From: an uncultured Christensenella sp.
Lineage (GTDB): Bacteria; Bacillota; Clostridia; Christensenellales; UBA3700
Reading direction: 5' to 3'
NCBI GenBank assembly: GCA_950079155.1
Contig: CATMWH010000003.1
Coordinates: 103,739-167,738 of the forward strand
DNA: 64,000 nt
Shown: one piece after another, positions 38,694 to 46,684 of the stretch
Numbering within the stretch: the first letter of the stretch is position 1
Layout: each line of letters begins with the position of its first letter
The notes under the pieces: model-generated
Seen by the model: the letters and a program-made list of their open reading frames with translations, nothing else
Databases searched by the model: none
What the model was told of the DNA's origin: nothing
Made by a program: the position numbers and the translations under genes

Positions 38694-39260
38694 ATGAAAA
38701 CCAAAATAACAAAAAGCATAATTGCGATTGCATTGTTATCAGTGATGATAATTGCGCTTGTTGGTTGTTGCAATTGCCCAAAGGATAATGACGACAGCAG
38801 TCAAAACGTAATGCCTCTATATGATACTATTTTTTCCAATGCCATAAGGCAATGTAGCATGGGCGAAGTAAAGAATTTGAATTATGATTTCAAAATAGAA
38901 ATCATCACGTCATTAGCAGATTTAGAGAAATTTAATATCTTAGGCGAAGGATATACAGAGGAGTATTTTGAATACAACGTCATTTTGCTGATAAATTTTA
39001 TATTTGCGTCATCAGATAAGAATATTGAATTTAAAAATTTGGCAATCAAGGATCATAAGTTCTATCCTATCTTTGAGACAAACTCGCCTATTCAAAATGA
39101 GGGGTACACTACTAATGTCTTGCATAGAATATTTGTCGTTACAGCCCCTATATGGGTAATGAATTATGAATTTGGAGAGACGTTAGTAATCAACAGAAGA
39201 GACGTCACACTTACTACAGGCAGTTGTTATCACAATAGTATAACAAGCGTATTTAACTAG
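38694..39260 (+). CDS. Small lipoprotein, paralogue 3 (mosaic of 1 and 2)
   Basis: 188 aa. The N-terminal mature part matches paralogue 2 (DNDDSSQN, CSMGEV, IITSLAD). The C-terminal half is almost base-for-base identical to paralogue 1. Confidence 0.8.
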   Translation: MKTKITKSIIAIALLSVMIIALVGCCNCPKDNDDSSQNVMPLYDTIFSNAIRQCSMGEVKNLNYDFKIEIITSLADLEKFNILGEGYTEEYFEYNVILLINFIFASSDKNIEFKNLAIKDHKFYPIFETNSPIQNEGYTTNVLHRIFVVTAPIWVMNYEFGETLVINRRDVTLTTGSCYHNSITSVFN

Positions 39261-39266
39261 ACGTTA

Positions 39267-39295
39267 CAAAAGACCTCCCAGCGGGAGGTCTTTTG
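39267..39295. terminator. Bidirectional terminator between convergent genes
   Basis: AAAAGACCTCCC AGC GGGAGGTCTTTT. Confidence 0.8.
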
Positions 39296-39297
39296 TT

Positions 39298-40347
39298 TTA
39301 TTTCATTAAATCATTTTTTAAATCTTCGCTTATATTCATTTTGTCAAGTTTTGATTTGTCGTAAGTAAACCATTGCTCGTAATAGTTGTCGCTCGAGCCT
39401 TTGAGTCCCAGAATCATTGACGCATTCCACACGTTGGAATTGATATAAGTTCTGATAAGTCCGCAATCCCAAATCTCGATTGTCAAGTGCTTTTTTGCGT
39501 ACACAAATTCTTTGATTGCGCCGTTGTTAAGCATATCTGTGACGGATAGTTCCAAAGTGTTGTTTTGGGTGTTGATATCGCACTCAAGATAATATATGCC
39601 AGTCGATTCATCATATTTCAAAAGTCCTGCCGTAATGGGCTTGTCATTGTCATAATTGTCAGTAGTGAAGCCTTTATAATTGTCCCTTGAGCTGGTCATT
39701 TTAATATACTCGTCAAAAGTCATTTTCTTGGTCTTTGGTTTTTTGTACAGTACGGCGTTTTGATCAGGGAAGTTGACGATACTGTCTGCGTTGGTTTCGC
39801 CCTTATCAGAGAAATAAAAATCTTTGTTGTTTGGAGAATAAACTCTCTTTGTGAAGTTGAGAGCAGATGCGAGCACGCTCAAAAGACTGTCGTCGACTTT
39901 GCCGTGCGATCCGTCGCTCTTCACTGTATAACCGTCGACGATAAGGCCGTAGGAGTCAAAGTAATAAGTATCGTTGTCAAATACGCGTACTTCGCGCGTT
40001 TCCATTGAGCCTGCTATACCTCCGCTGACAGTGGCAACACCGTTGCCGTAAGCGGCAGCTGCAAAAAAATCAGTCTCAATTATATTTTTGTTGGACAGTC
40101 TCAAAAGATATTCTATAGAATCAAGTACGGACTGATCTTCCGTCATAGTGTCGCTCAAAGCAATTTTGCTCTTGTCTACCGGCTGGGCTTTTGCTTTTGC
40201 TTCTGACGTAGGCGCCGAAGCCAATCCGTCGAAGTCAAGATTTGCGTCTGATGGATTTGCTTTTCCGACACAGCCTGCAAATACGGCGGCGGTAATCGTA
40301 ACGATGACGAGTATAGCCGTAATAATTAACAATTTTGATTTTTTCAT
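39298..40347 (-). CDS. Hypothetical lipoprotein
   Basis: MKKSKLLIITAILVIVTITAAVFAGC|VGK lipobox. SD GGGAG. The ATG at 40347 is preferred over the track start at 40365. Confidence 0.65.
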   Translation of the reverse strand: MKKSKLLIITAILVIVTITAAVFAGCVGKANPSDANLDFDGLASAPTSEAKAKAQPVDKSKIALSDTMTEDQSVLDSIEYLLRLSNKNIIETDFFAAAAYGNGVATVSGGIAGSMETREVRVFDNDTYYFDSYGLIVDGYTVKSDGSHGKVDDSLLSVLASALNFTKRVYSPNNKDFYFSDKGETNADSIVNFPDQNAVLYKKPKTKKMTFDEYIKMTSSRDNYKGFTTDNYDNDKPITAGLLKYDESTGIYYLECDINTQNNTLELSVTDMLNNGAIKEFVYAKKHLTIEIWDCGLIRTYINSNVWNASMILGLKGSSDNYYEQWFTYDKSKLDKMNISEDLKNDLMK

Positions 40348-40578
40348 AATAATCTCCCACGACACACTTTATTGCGTTTGTCATTATTTAAATTATACAT
40401 TATTGCTCAAGTCTATGTCAACACTAAAAAGTTTTTGTGAAATTTTGTATATAGCGCATACACTAGTCAATCAAAATGGTTTTTTAAAGAAGCATTAAAA
40501 ACGTCAATTAAATTGACAAAATTACGCATTGAAGACAAATTTATACTTCTTATGCATATAATTAAACTACTCAAAAAG

Positions 40579-40607
40579 TTGTACAAATTTATTATTTATG
40601 CTAAAAT
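40579..40607 (+). promoter_or_regulatory. plsY promoter, TTGTAC-17-TGcTAAAAT
   Basis: Hexamers at 40579-40584 and 40602-40607. Confidence 0.5.
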
Positions 40608-40642
40608 AATGGCAAAGAAATAATTTTGGAGAGAAAATTCAC

Positions 40643-41365
40643 TTGGAAATTGTTTGGAAAATAGTCGCCGTACTGGCTGCGTATTTTGTCGGCGCTATAA
40701 ATATGGCGACCATAATAGGGGCTATAAAGGGGAAAAATATCAAGAATCTCGGCAGCGGCAACCCCGGCACTATGAACGTAATGAGAAGTATCGGAAAAGG
40801 TTGGGGCGCGTTGACTTTTGCTTTTGACTGCGCAAAGGGAGTTGCATTTGCGCTTATAGGTAAGTTTGCTATTGACGGAGGGTCGACTGATTGGATGTTT
40901 ATACTCGGCGCCGTAGCCGTAGTGGGACATATATTGCCTGTATATACCAAATTCAAGGGCGGAAAGGGCGTAGCCACGACGTTGGGAATGTTTTTGGTGG
41001 CGACTCCCATAGTCGGTCCTTGCGTATTGCTTGGTCTGGTGATATATTTGTTGTTATGCAAGATAGGATTTATCGGCTCATACCTCGCCGTCACAGCGTT
41101 GACAATAGCCAATTGTATTAAATATAGAAATAGTATTATAGCAATCATATGCTGTCTTGTAATTTGGTTGCTTGTAATCGTAAGACACAAAGACAACGTT
41201 AAGAGATTTATAAAAGGTAAGGAAAATACGCTTTCTATCGTCGGGAAGAACGAGGTCAAGGAAAATATCATTTCTCAAGACGAGGCGCAAGACACTCTTG
41301 AGAGTAGTGATAGCGACGACTTGCAAGATACGCAGAACGGCGAGACAAAAGACAATCAGAACTAA
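40643..41365 (+). CDS. plsY: Glycerol-3-phosphate acyltransferase PlsY, with a ~45-aa acidic C-terminal tail
   Basis: 240 aa. GSGNPGTMNVMR, FKGGKGVAT, RHKDNVKRF. Tail ...SQDEAQDTLESSDSDDLQDTQNGETKDNQN. TTG start 9 nt after GGAGAG. Confidence 0.88.
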   Translation: MEIVWKIVAVLAAYFVGAINMATIIGAIKGKNIKNLGSGNPGTMNVMRSIGKGWGALTFAFDCAKGVAFALIGKFAIDGGSTDWMFILGAVAVVGHILPVYTKFKGGKGVATTLGMFLVATPIVGPCVLLGLVIYLLLCKIGFIGSYLAVTALTIANCIKYRNSIIAIICCLVIWLLVIVRHKDNVKRFIKGKENTLSIVGKNEVKENIISQDEAQDTLESSDSDDLQDTQNGETKDNQN

Positions 41366-41376
41366 CAGAGGTGGAT

Positions 41377-42468
41377 ATGAAACTTGGTGTAGTAGGACTT
41401 CCCAATGTGGGAAAAAGCACGTTATTTAATGCAATTACGCAAGCGGGAGCAGAGAGCGCAAATTATCCTTTTTGCACAATTGAGCCCAACGTGGGCGTAG
41501 TCGCAGTTCCCGACGAAAGACTTGACCTTTTGGCGAAACTTTACAACAGCAAAAAGGTTACGCCTACGGCGCTCGAATTCGTCGATATAGCGGGACTTGT
41601 CAAGGGCGCGTCAAAGGGCGAGGGACTTGGCAACAAATTTCTTTCGCACATCAGAGAAGTTGACGCAATAGTGCACGTAGTCAGATGTTTTGACGACGCC
41701 AATATCACACACGTAGATGGCAGTGTAGATCCTTTGAGAGATATAGAGACCATAGAATTTGAATTGATTTTTGCAGATATGGACAGCGTGCAAAAGCGCG
41801 CAAACAAGGCAAGGACTTCGGCAAAAGGCGGAGATAAAAAATATCTGGTCGAAGCCGACCTTATGGACAGGATATACGCCGAGTTGGAAAAGGGAAAGCC
41901 GGCAAGATTGATAGATATGTCCGATGACGAGAAGGAGATTGCAAGAGATTTGTTTTTGCTTACGTCAAAGCCTGTTATATATGCGGCTAACGTAGGCGAG
42001 GATGATGTGGCAAACGGCGGAAACGAATATGTCGACAGGGTGAAGAATTTTGCTCGGACACAGGGCGCAAAGACTGTTATGATATGCGCAAAACTCGAAG
42101 AGGAACTCGCCGGACTTGACGATGACGACAAACAACTTTTCAGAGATGAATACGGCATCAAGCAAAGCGGACTTGACCAACTGGTATCGGCTTGCTACGA
42201 CCTCTTGGGACTTATTAGTTATCTTACGGCGGGAGAGAAGGAGACCAGAGCCTGGACTATTACGAGGGGCACGAAGGCTCCACAGGCGGCAGGTAAGATT
42301 CATAGCGACTTTGAAAGAGGATTTATCAGAGCGGAAATTGTCGACTGGAAAGTGCTTTTGGAGTGCGGATCTTACGTCGCGGCAAAGGAAAAAGGCAAGG
42401 TAAGAAGCGAAGGCAAAGATTATGTAATAAAGGACGGAGACGTGGTGTTATTCCGTTTCAACGTATAA
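41377..42468 (+). CDS. ychF: Ribosome-binding ATPase YchF
   Basis: MKLGVVGLPNVGKSTLFNA, FCTIEPN, DIAGLVKGAS, TGS-like C-terminus (RAWTI..GTKAPQAAGKIHSDFERGFIRAE). Confidence 0.95.
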   Translation: MKLGVVGLPNVGKSTLFNAITQAGAESANYPFCTIEPNVGVVAVPDERLDLLAKLYNSKKVTPTALEFVDIAGLVKGASKGEGLGNKFLSHIREVDAIVHVVRCFDDANITHVDGSVDPLRDIETIEFELIFADMDSVQKRANKARTSAKGGDKKYLVEADLMDRIYAELEKGKPARLIDMSDDEKEIARDLFLLTSKPVIYAANVGEDDVANGGNEYVDRVKNFARTQGAKTVMICAKLEEELAGLDDDDKQLFRDEYGIKQSGLDQLVSACYDLLGLISYLTAGEKETRAWTITRGTKAPQAAGKIHSDFERGFIRAEIVDWKVLLECGSYVAAKEKGKVRSEGKDYVIKDGDVVLFRFNV

Positions 42469-42484
42469 CGGTTTTGAGGATTTT

Positions 42485-44170
42485 ATGGATTACAGACAAC
42501 TTATTATTGACAGCATAAATATCGACGGAATAGATAAGCAAGATTTGCTTACGCTCGTTACTGCGCCAAAAGACAGCGCTATGGGCGATTTGTGTATACC
42601 TTGTTTTAAACTTGCTAAGGAAATGAAAAAATCTCCTACGGTCATTGCAGACGAGATTGCAAAGTCAGTCGATAAGGGAGATATGATAGAGCAAGTGACG
42701 GCGGTTGCAGGGTTTGTCAACTTCAAATTCGACAATGTCAAGTTTGCCAAGCAAGTTCTTGCCGACGTATTGGCAAATGGCGACGGTTACGGTAAGAGCA
42801 ATGAGGGGAATGGGAAGACGATTTGCATAGACTATTCTTCTGTCAATATTGCCAAGCCTTTTCATATGGGTCACTTGCTCAATACTGCGCTTGGAGGCGC
42901 AATATATCGCATATATACCGCGCTTGGTTACAATGTGGTGGGTATCAATCACTTGGGTGATTGGGGCACTCAATTCGGCAAACTAATAGTGGCATACAAA
43001 CTATGGGGAAACAAAAATGAAATCGACGAGCGCGGCGTAAGGGCGCTTGTAGAGATATACGTCAAATTCCATAAAGAAGAGGAAAAAGATCCGTCTTTGG
43101 GAGACGAGGCAAGAGCTTGGTTCAAGGCAATCGAGAACGGCAATTCAGAAGCGCTTGAACTGTTTGAATATTTCAAAGAGATTACTCTCAAAGAAGTCAA
43201 CAGAATTTACGAGAGACTACATATCAAATTCGACAGTTATGCAGGCGAATCTTTTTACAACGACAAGATGCAACCTGTGCTGGACGAATTGACGGAAAAG
43301 GGCTTGCTTCAAGAGAGCGAGGGCGCCAAGGTCGTCAAGTTTAAAGACGATATGCCGCCTTGTCTGCTCCAACGCTCTGACGGCGCGACGCTTTATGCTA
43401 CGAGAGATATGGCGGCGGCTTTTTATAGGAAGAATACCTATGATTTTGACAAGTGTCTTTACGTAGTCGCGTATCAGCAAAACCTTCACTTTCAGCAGAT
43501 ATTCAGGGTACTTGAGATGATGGGCTGCGAGTGGTCAAAAGATATGGTGCACGTAGCGCACGGAATGGTGTCTTTGGAAAGCGGCGCAATGTCGACCAGA
43601 GAGGGCAACGTGGTATTTCTTGAAGACGTACTCAACAGCGTTGTTGCAAAGGCAAAGCAAGTCATTGAAGAAAAGAATCCCGATCTTGAAGACAAGGACA
43701 AGATTGCCGAGCAGATTGGCGTAGGCGCAACGCTTTTCGGTGTGCTATACAACAGTAGAATAAAGGATATGGTATTCTCTTTTGACAAAGTTCTCAATTT
43801 TGAGGGGGAGACCGGACCTTATGTGCAGTATACCTACGCAAGGTGCAACAGTTTGTTCGACAAGTGCGGAGATATAGGGCAGGAGATAGATTACGCCGGT
43901 TTGGACAATTCTTCCAGCAAAGCCATAGTGGCGCTTCTTGACAAATATCCGCAGATACTTCAAGAGAGCGCGAAGAAATACGAGCCTAGCGTAGTCACGC
44001 GATATGCAATAGATTTGGCGCAAGCCTTTAACAAATTCTATTTTGAATGTAAGATAAATACAGAAAGAGACGGCATAAAGAATGCGAGACTTTTACTGAC
44101 GAAAGCGGTAAGGCAAGTTTTGGGTAACGCTTTGGCGTTATTAGGTATAGAAACGCCGCAAAAAATGTAA
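42485..44170 (+). CDS. argS: Arginine--tRNA ligase
   Basis: 561 aa. SSVNIAKPFHMGHL (HIGH region), DWGTQFG, MSTREG (KMSKS-like), C-terminal DALR anticodon-binding region. Confidence 0.93.
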   Translation: MDYRQLIIDSINIDGIDKQDLLTLVTAPKDSAMGDLCIPCFKLAKEMKKSPTVIADEIAKSVDKGDMIEQVTAVAGFVNFKFDNVKFAKQVLADVLANGDGYGKSNEGNGKTICIDYSSVNIAKPFHMGHLLNTALGGAIYRIYTALGYNVVGINHLGDWGTQFGKLIVAYKLWGNKNEIDERGVRALVEIYVKFHKEEEKDPSLGDEARAWFKAIENGNSEALELFEYFKEITLKEVNRIYERLHIKFDSYAGESFYNDKMQPVLDELTEKGLLQESEGAKVVKFKDDMPPCLLQRSDGATLYATRDMAAAFYRKNTYDFDKCLYVVAYQQNLHFQQIFRVLEMMGCEWSKDMVHVAHGMVSLESGAMSTREGNVVFLEDVLNSVVAKAKQVIEEKNPDLEDKDKIAEQIGVGATLFGVLYNSRIKDMVFSFDKVLNFEGETGPYVQYTYARCNSLFDKCGDIGQEIDYAGLDNSSSKAIVALLDKYPQILQESAKKYEPSVVTRYAIDLAQAFNKFYFECKINTERDGIKNARLLLTKAVRQVLGNALALLGIETPQKM

Positions 44171-44413
44171 ATTATATTGGGATTAAAGCGAGGCGTTGCA
44201 ATATTACACAGCAACAATGCTTTTCATATAACTTCAAACTATTAGTATGCCTGCGTTCGTTTGCAAAGTCCGAAAAACTTACGCCGCTCACTTCTCTCAC
44301 TCAACTTGAGGGTATATATCATTATTGCCAATGAGTATGAGCAAATGGTTTTGGCTCGCAACATTCTATATAAAACTCTGATGAAAAATCTTTAAATTAC
44401 CGTCACAATTTTG

Positions 44414-44441
44414 TTGACAATAATATTTTAAATGATATAAT
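44414..44441 (+). promoter_or_regulatory. marR-ABC operon promoter, TTGACA-16-TATAAT
   Basis: Hexamers at 44414-44419 and 44436-44441. Confidence 0.6.
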
Positions 44442-44443
44442 GT

Positions 44444-44461
44444 TTGTTAGAAGTCTAACAA
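44444..44461. promoter_or_regulatory. Perfect 18-bp palindrome TTGTTAGAAGTCTAACAA (candidate MarR operator)
   Basis: Lies between the -10 hexamer and the marR SD. Confidence 0.55.
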
Positions 44462-44471
44462 TTGGTGGCAA

Positions 44472-44909
44472 ATGGAAAAGACAATAAGTTTTGAATTGCG
44501 TTTTATCAACAATCAAATCAAGAGAAGAATCAACTCAATTCCTATATTGCAAAACAATGATATCAAGGGAATTTACGGTCACGTCATAGGTTTTTTGAGC
44601 GAGAACGCTCATAAAGACGTTTATCAAAAAGACATAGAGGAGCATTTGTCTATCAGACGTTCAAGCGTGACAAGTTTGCTCAATCAGATGGAAAAAGCAG
44701 GGTTTATAGAGAGGCATTCAGTTGACGGCGACGGCAGACTCAAAAGAGTTGCGTTGACGCAGAAGTCTTTGGATATACACGGCAGCATAGAATGCGAACT
44801 TAGCAAAATAGAGATCAAGTTGAGAGAGGGAATGAGCGAGGATGACCTCGACACGCTTTTTCGTTTGCTTGACAAGATAAAGAATAACGTAGAGAAAGAA
44901 CAAATTTAA
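44472..44909 (+). CDS. MarR-family transcriptional regulator
   Basis: 145 aa. Winged-HTH pattern QKDIEEHLSIRRSSVTSLLNQMEKAGFIERHSVDGDGRLKRVALT. Confidence 0.85.
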   Translation: MEKTISFELRFINNQIKRRINSIPILQNNDIKGIYGHVIGFLSENAHKDVYQKDIEEHLSIRRSSVTSLLNQMEKAGFIERHSVDGDGRLKRVALTQKSLDIHGSIECELSKIEIKLREGMSEDDLDTLFRLLDKIKNNVEKEQI

Positions 44910-44935
44910 AGAAATAAAAATAGAAGGAGATTAAG

Positions 44936-46678
44936 GTGAACACGATAAAGAAATTGATGAAAAGCATCAAGCAGTTCAAGGGCGTATCAATATTATCGCC
45001 GGTGTGCGTGACTGTAGAAGTAGCATTGGAATGTATTATTCCGCTTTATATGATTGAAATGCTTGCAAAGATTCAAGAAGATAATTCCATAAAAAACATC
45101 TTACTTTATGGAGGGATACTGTTGGCGCTTGCCGCATTTTCTCTAGTGTTTGGCGTGCTTGCAGGCAAATTTGCCGCGACGGCGTCGACGGGGTTTGCAA
45201 AAAACTTGAGACAGGATATGTATTACCGTATTCAAGGATTTGCATTTTCCAATATAGACAAGTTTTCGGCGCCTAGTTTGGTGACGAGAATGACGACGGA
45301 CGTATCCAATGTGCAACTTGCTTATATGATGATAGTAAGAGTTGCAGTTAGATCGCCGATAATGTTGGTTTTCTCGTTGATTATGGCGTTTGTCATAAAC
45401 GTAAAGATCGCATTTATATTCTTAGCGCTCGTGCCTATACTTGGCGCGGGACTGTTTATACTGTTTAGACTTGTAGACCCCATATTTACAAGGGTATTCA
45501 AGAAGTACGACGCTATGAACGAGTCTATACAGGAAGATATAAAAGGTATTAGGGTAGTTAAGTCTTATGTGAGAGACGAATATGAAAATAAAAAATTCCA
45601 AAAGACGTCCAATGACGTGCGTTATGACTTCCTCAAAGGTGAAAAGATAATAGCCGTTGCTAATCCGCTGATGCAATTCTGTATGTGGTTTTCGATATTG
45701 ATGATATGTTTTTTGGTGCCGATGTTCGGCGTCAAAGAAGGCGTAGACAAATCGTCGGAAATGTCTTCGCTTATCGTCTACGCGTCGCAGATACTCTCGT
45801 CGCTTATGATGCTCAATATGGTAATGATAATGATTTCAATGGCAAATACTTCCGCAAAGCGTATAGTAGAAGTATTGAGCGAAGAGAGCGATTTGCGCAA
45901 TCCCGATAACCCTGTGTATGAGGTCAAAAACGGCGACGTTCGTTTTGAAGACGTTGATTTTAAATACGATGTCAAGGCAGATAGGCGCGCGCTTAAAGGC
46001 GTAAATCTCGATATTAAGTCCGGCGAAACCGTGGGCATACTCGGAGGTACCGGCAGTAGTAAAACTTCGCTTGTCAATCTTATACCGAGACTTTACGACG
46101 CAACGAGCGGTCACGTATATGTCGGCGGTCTAAACGTAAAAGATTACGATCTTGATACTTTGCGTAACCAGGTCGCGGTGGTGTTGCAGAAAAATGTTCT
46201 TTTCTCCGGTACGATAAAGGAGAACTTGAGGTGGGGCAATTCCGACGCAAGCGACGAGGAACTCGAGAGAGTATGCAAGTTGGCTCAGGCGCACGATTTT
46301 ATTATGGGATTTCCTGACAAATACGATACTTATATCGAGCAGGGCGGAACCAACGTATCGGGCGGACAAAAGCAAAGGCTTTGCATAGCGAGGGCGTTGC
46401 TCAAAAAGCCTAAGATACTCATTCTTGACGACTCGACGAGCGCAGTTGATACAAAAACGGACGCTTTAATTCGCAAGGCGTTTGCAGACGAGATACCCGG
46501 TACGACAAAGTTTATAATAGCGCAAAGAGTTGCGTCGGTACAGGATGCGGATAAGATAATCATTATGGACGGCGGAAGCGTAGCAGATATCGGCGCGCAT
46601 GAAGAGTTGCTTGCTCGCAACCCAATATATCAAGAAGTTTACTACTCTCAAAACAAGACTATTACGACGGGGAGGTAA
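44936..46678 (+). CDS. ABC exporter permease/ATPase half-transporter, degenerate-site subunit
   Basis: 580 aa. 6-TM domain plus NBD with GGTGSSKTS, VSGGQKQRL, Walker B ILILDDSTSAVD (D in place of the catalytic E) and H-loop IAQRVA (Q in place of H). Confidence 0.88.
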   Translation: MNTIKKLMKSIKQFKGVSILSPVCVTVEVALECIIPLYMIEMLAKIQEDNSIKNILLYGGILLALAAFSLVFGVLAGKFAATASTGFAKNLRQDMYYRIQGFAFSNIDKFSAPSLVTRMTTDVSNVQLAYMMIVRVAVRSPIMLVFSLIMAFVINVKIAFIFLALVPILGAGLFILFRLVDPIFTRVFKKYDAMNESIQEDIKGIRVVKSYVRDEYENKKFQKTSNDVRYDFLKGEKIIAVANPLMQFCMWFSILMICFLVPMFGVKEGVDKSSEMSSLIVYASQILSSLMMLNMVMIMISMANTSAKRIVEVLSEESDLRNPDNPVYEVKNGDVRFEDVDFKYDVKADRRALKGVNLDIKSGETVGILGGTGSSKTSLVNLIPRLYDATSGHVYVGGLNVKDYDLDTLRNQVAVVLQKNVLFSGTIKENLRWGNSDASDEELERVCKLAQAHDFIMGFPDKYDTYIEQGGTNVSGGQKQRLCIARALLKKPKILILDDSTSAVDTKTDALIRKAFADEIPGTTKFIIAQRVASVQDADKIIIMDGGSVADIGAHEELLARNPIYQEVYYSQNKTITTGR

Positions 46679-46684
46679 AGGTCA

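Larger units (their letters stand above)
36655..39260 (+). repeat. Tandem cassette array: [terminator - conserved leader - promoter - SD - gene] x3. Units 2 and 3 are exact 721-bp periods
   Basis: 37819-38539 and 38540-39260 are near-identical. The 36655-36830 leader is a diverged copy of the same inter-unit segment (..GCGTATGG..TTTTGCATTTTTrGTCATAATTCGCAAGAAAT..TTGAC..TATAAT). Confidence 0.9.

Noticed and set aside
44171-44471. The 300-nt argS-marR intergenic region, examined for a T-box, SRP/6S-like RNA, a small ORF (a 40-aa minus-strand ORF, MLRAKTICSYSLAIMIYTLKLSERSERRKFFGLCKRTQAY) or another repeat copy.
   Set aside because: I recognised no conserved RNA motif. The small ORF has no SD. 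Resemblance to the dispersed repeat is too weak. Only the marR promoter and palindrome at the 3' end are supported.
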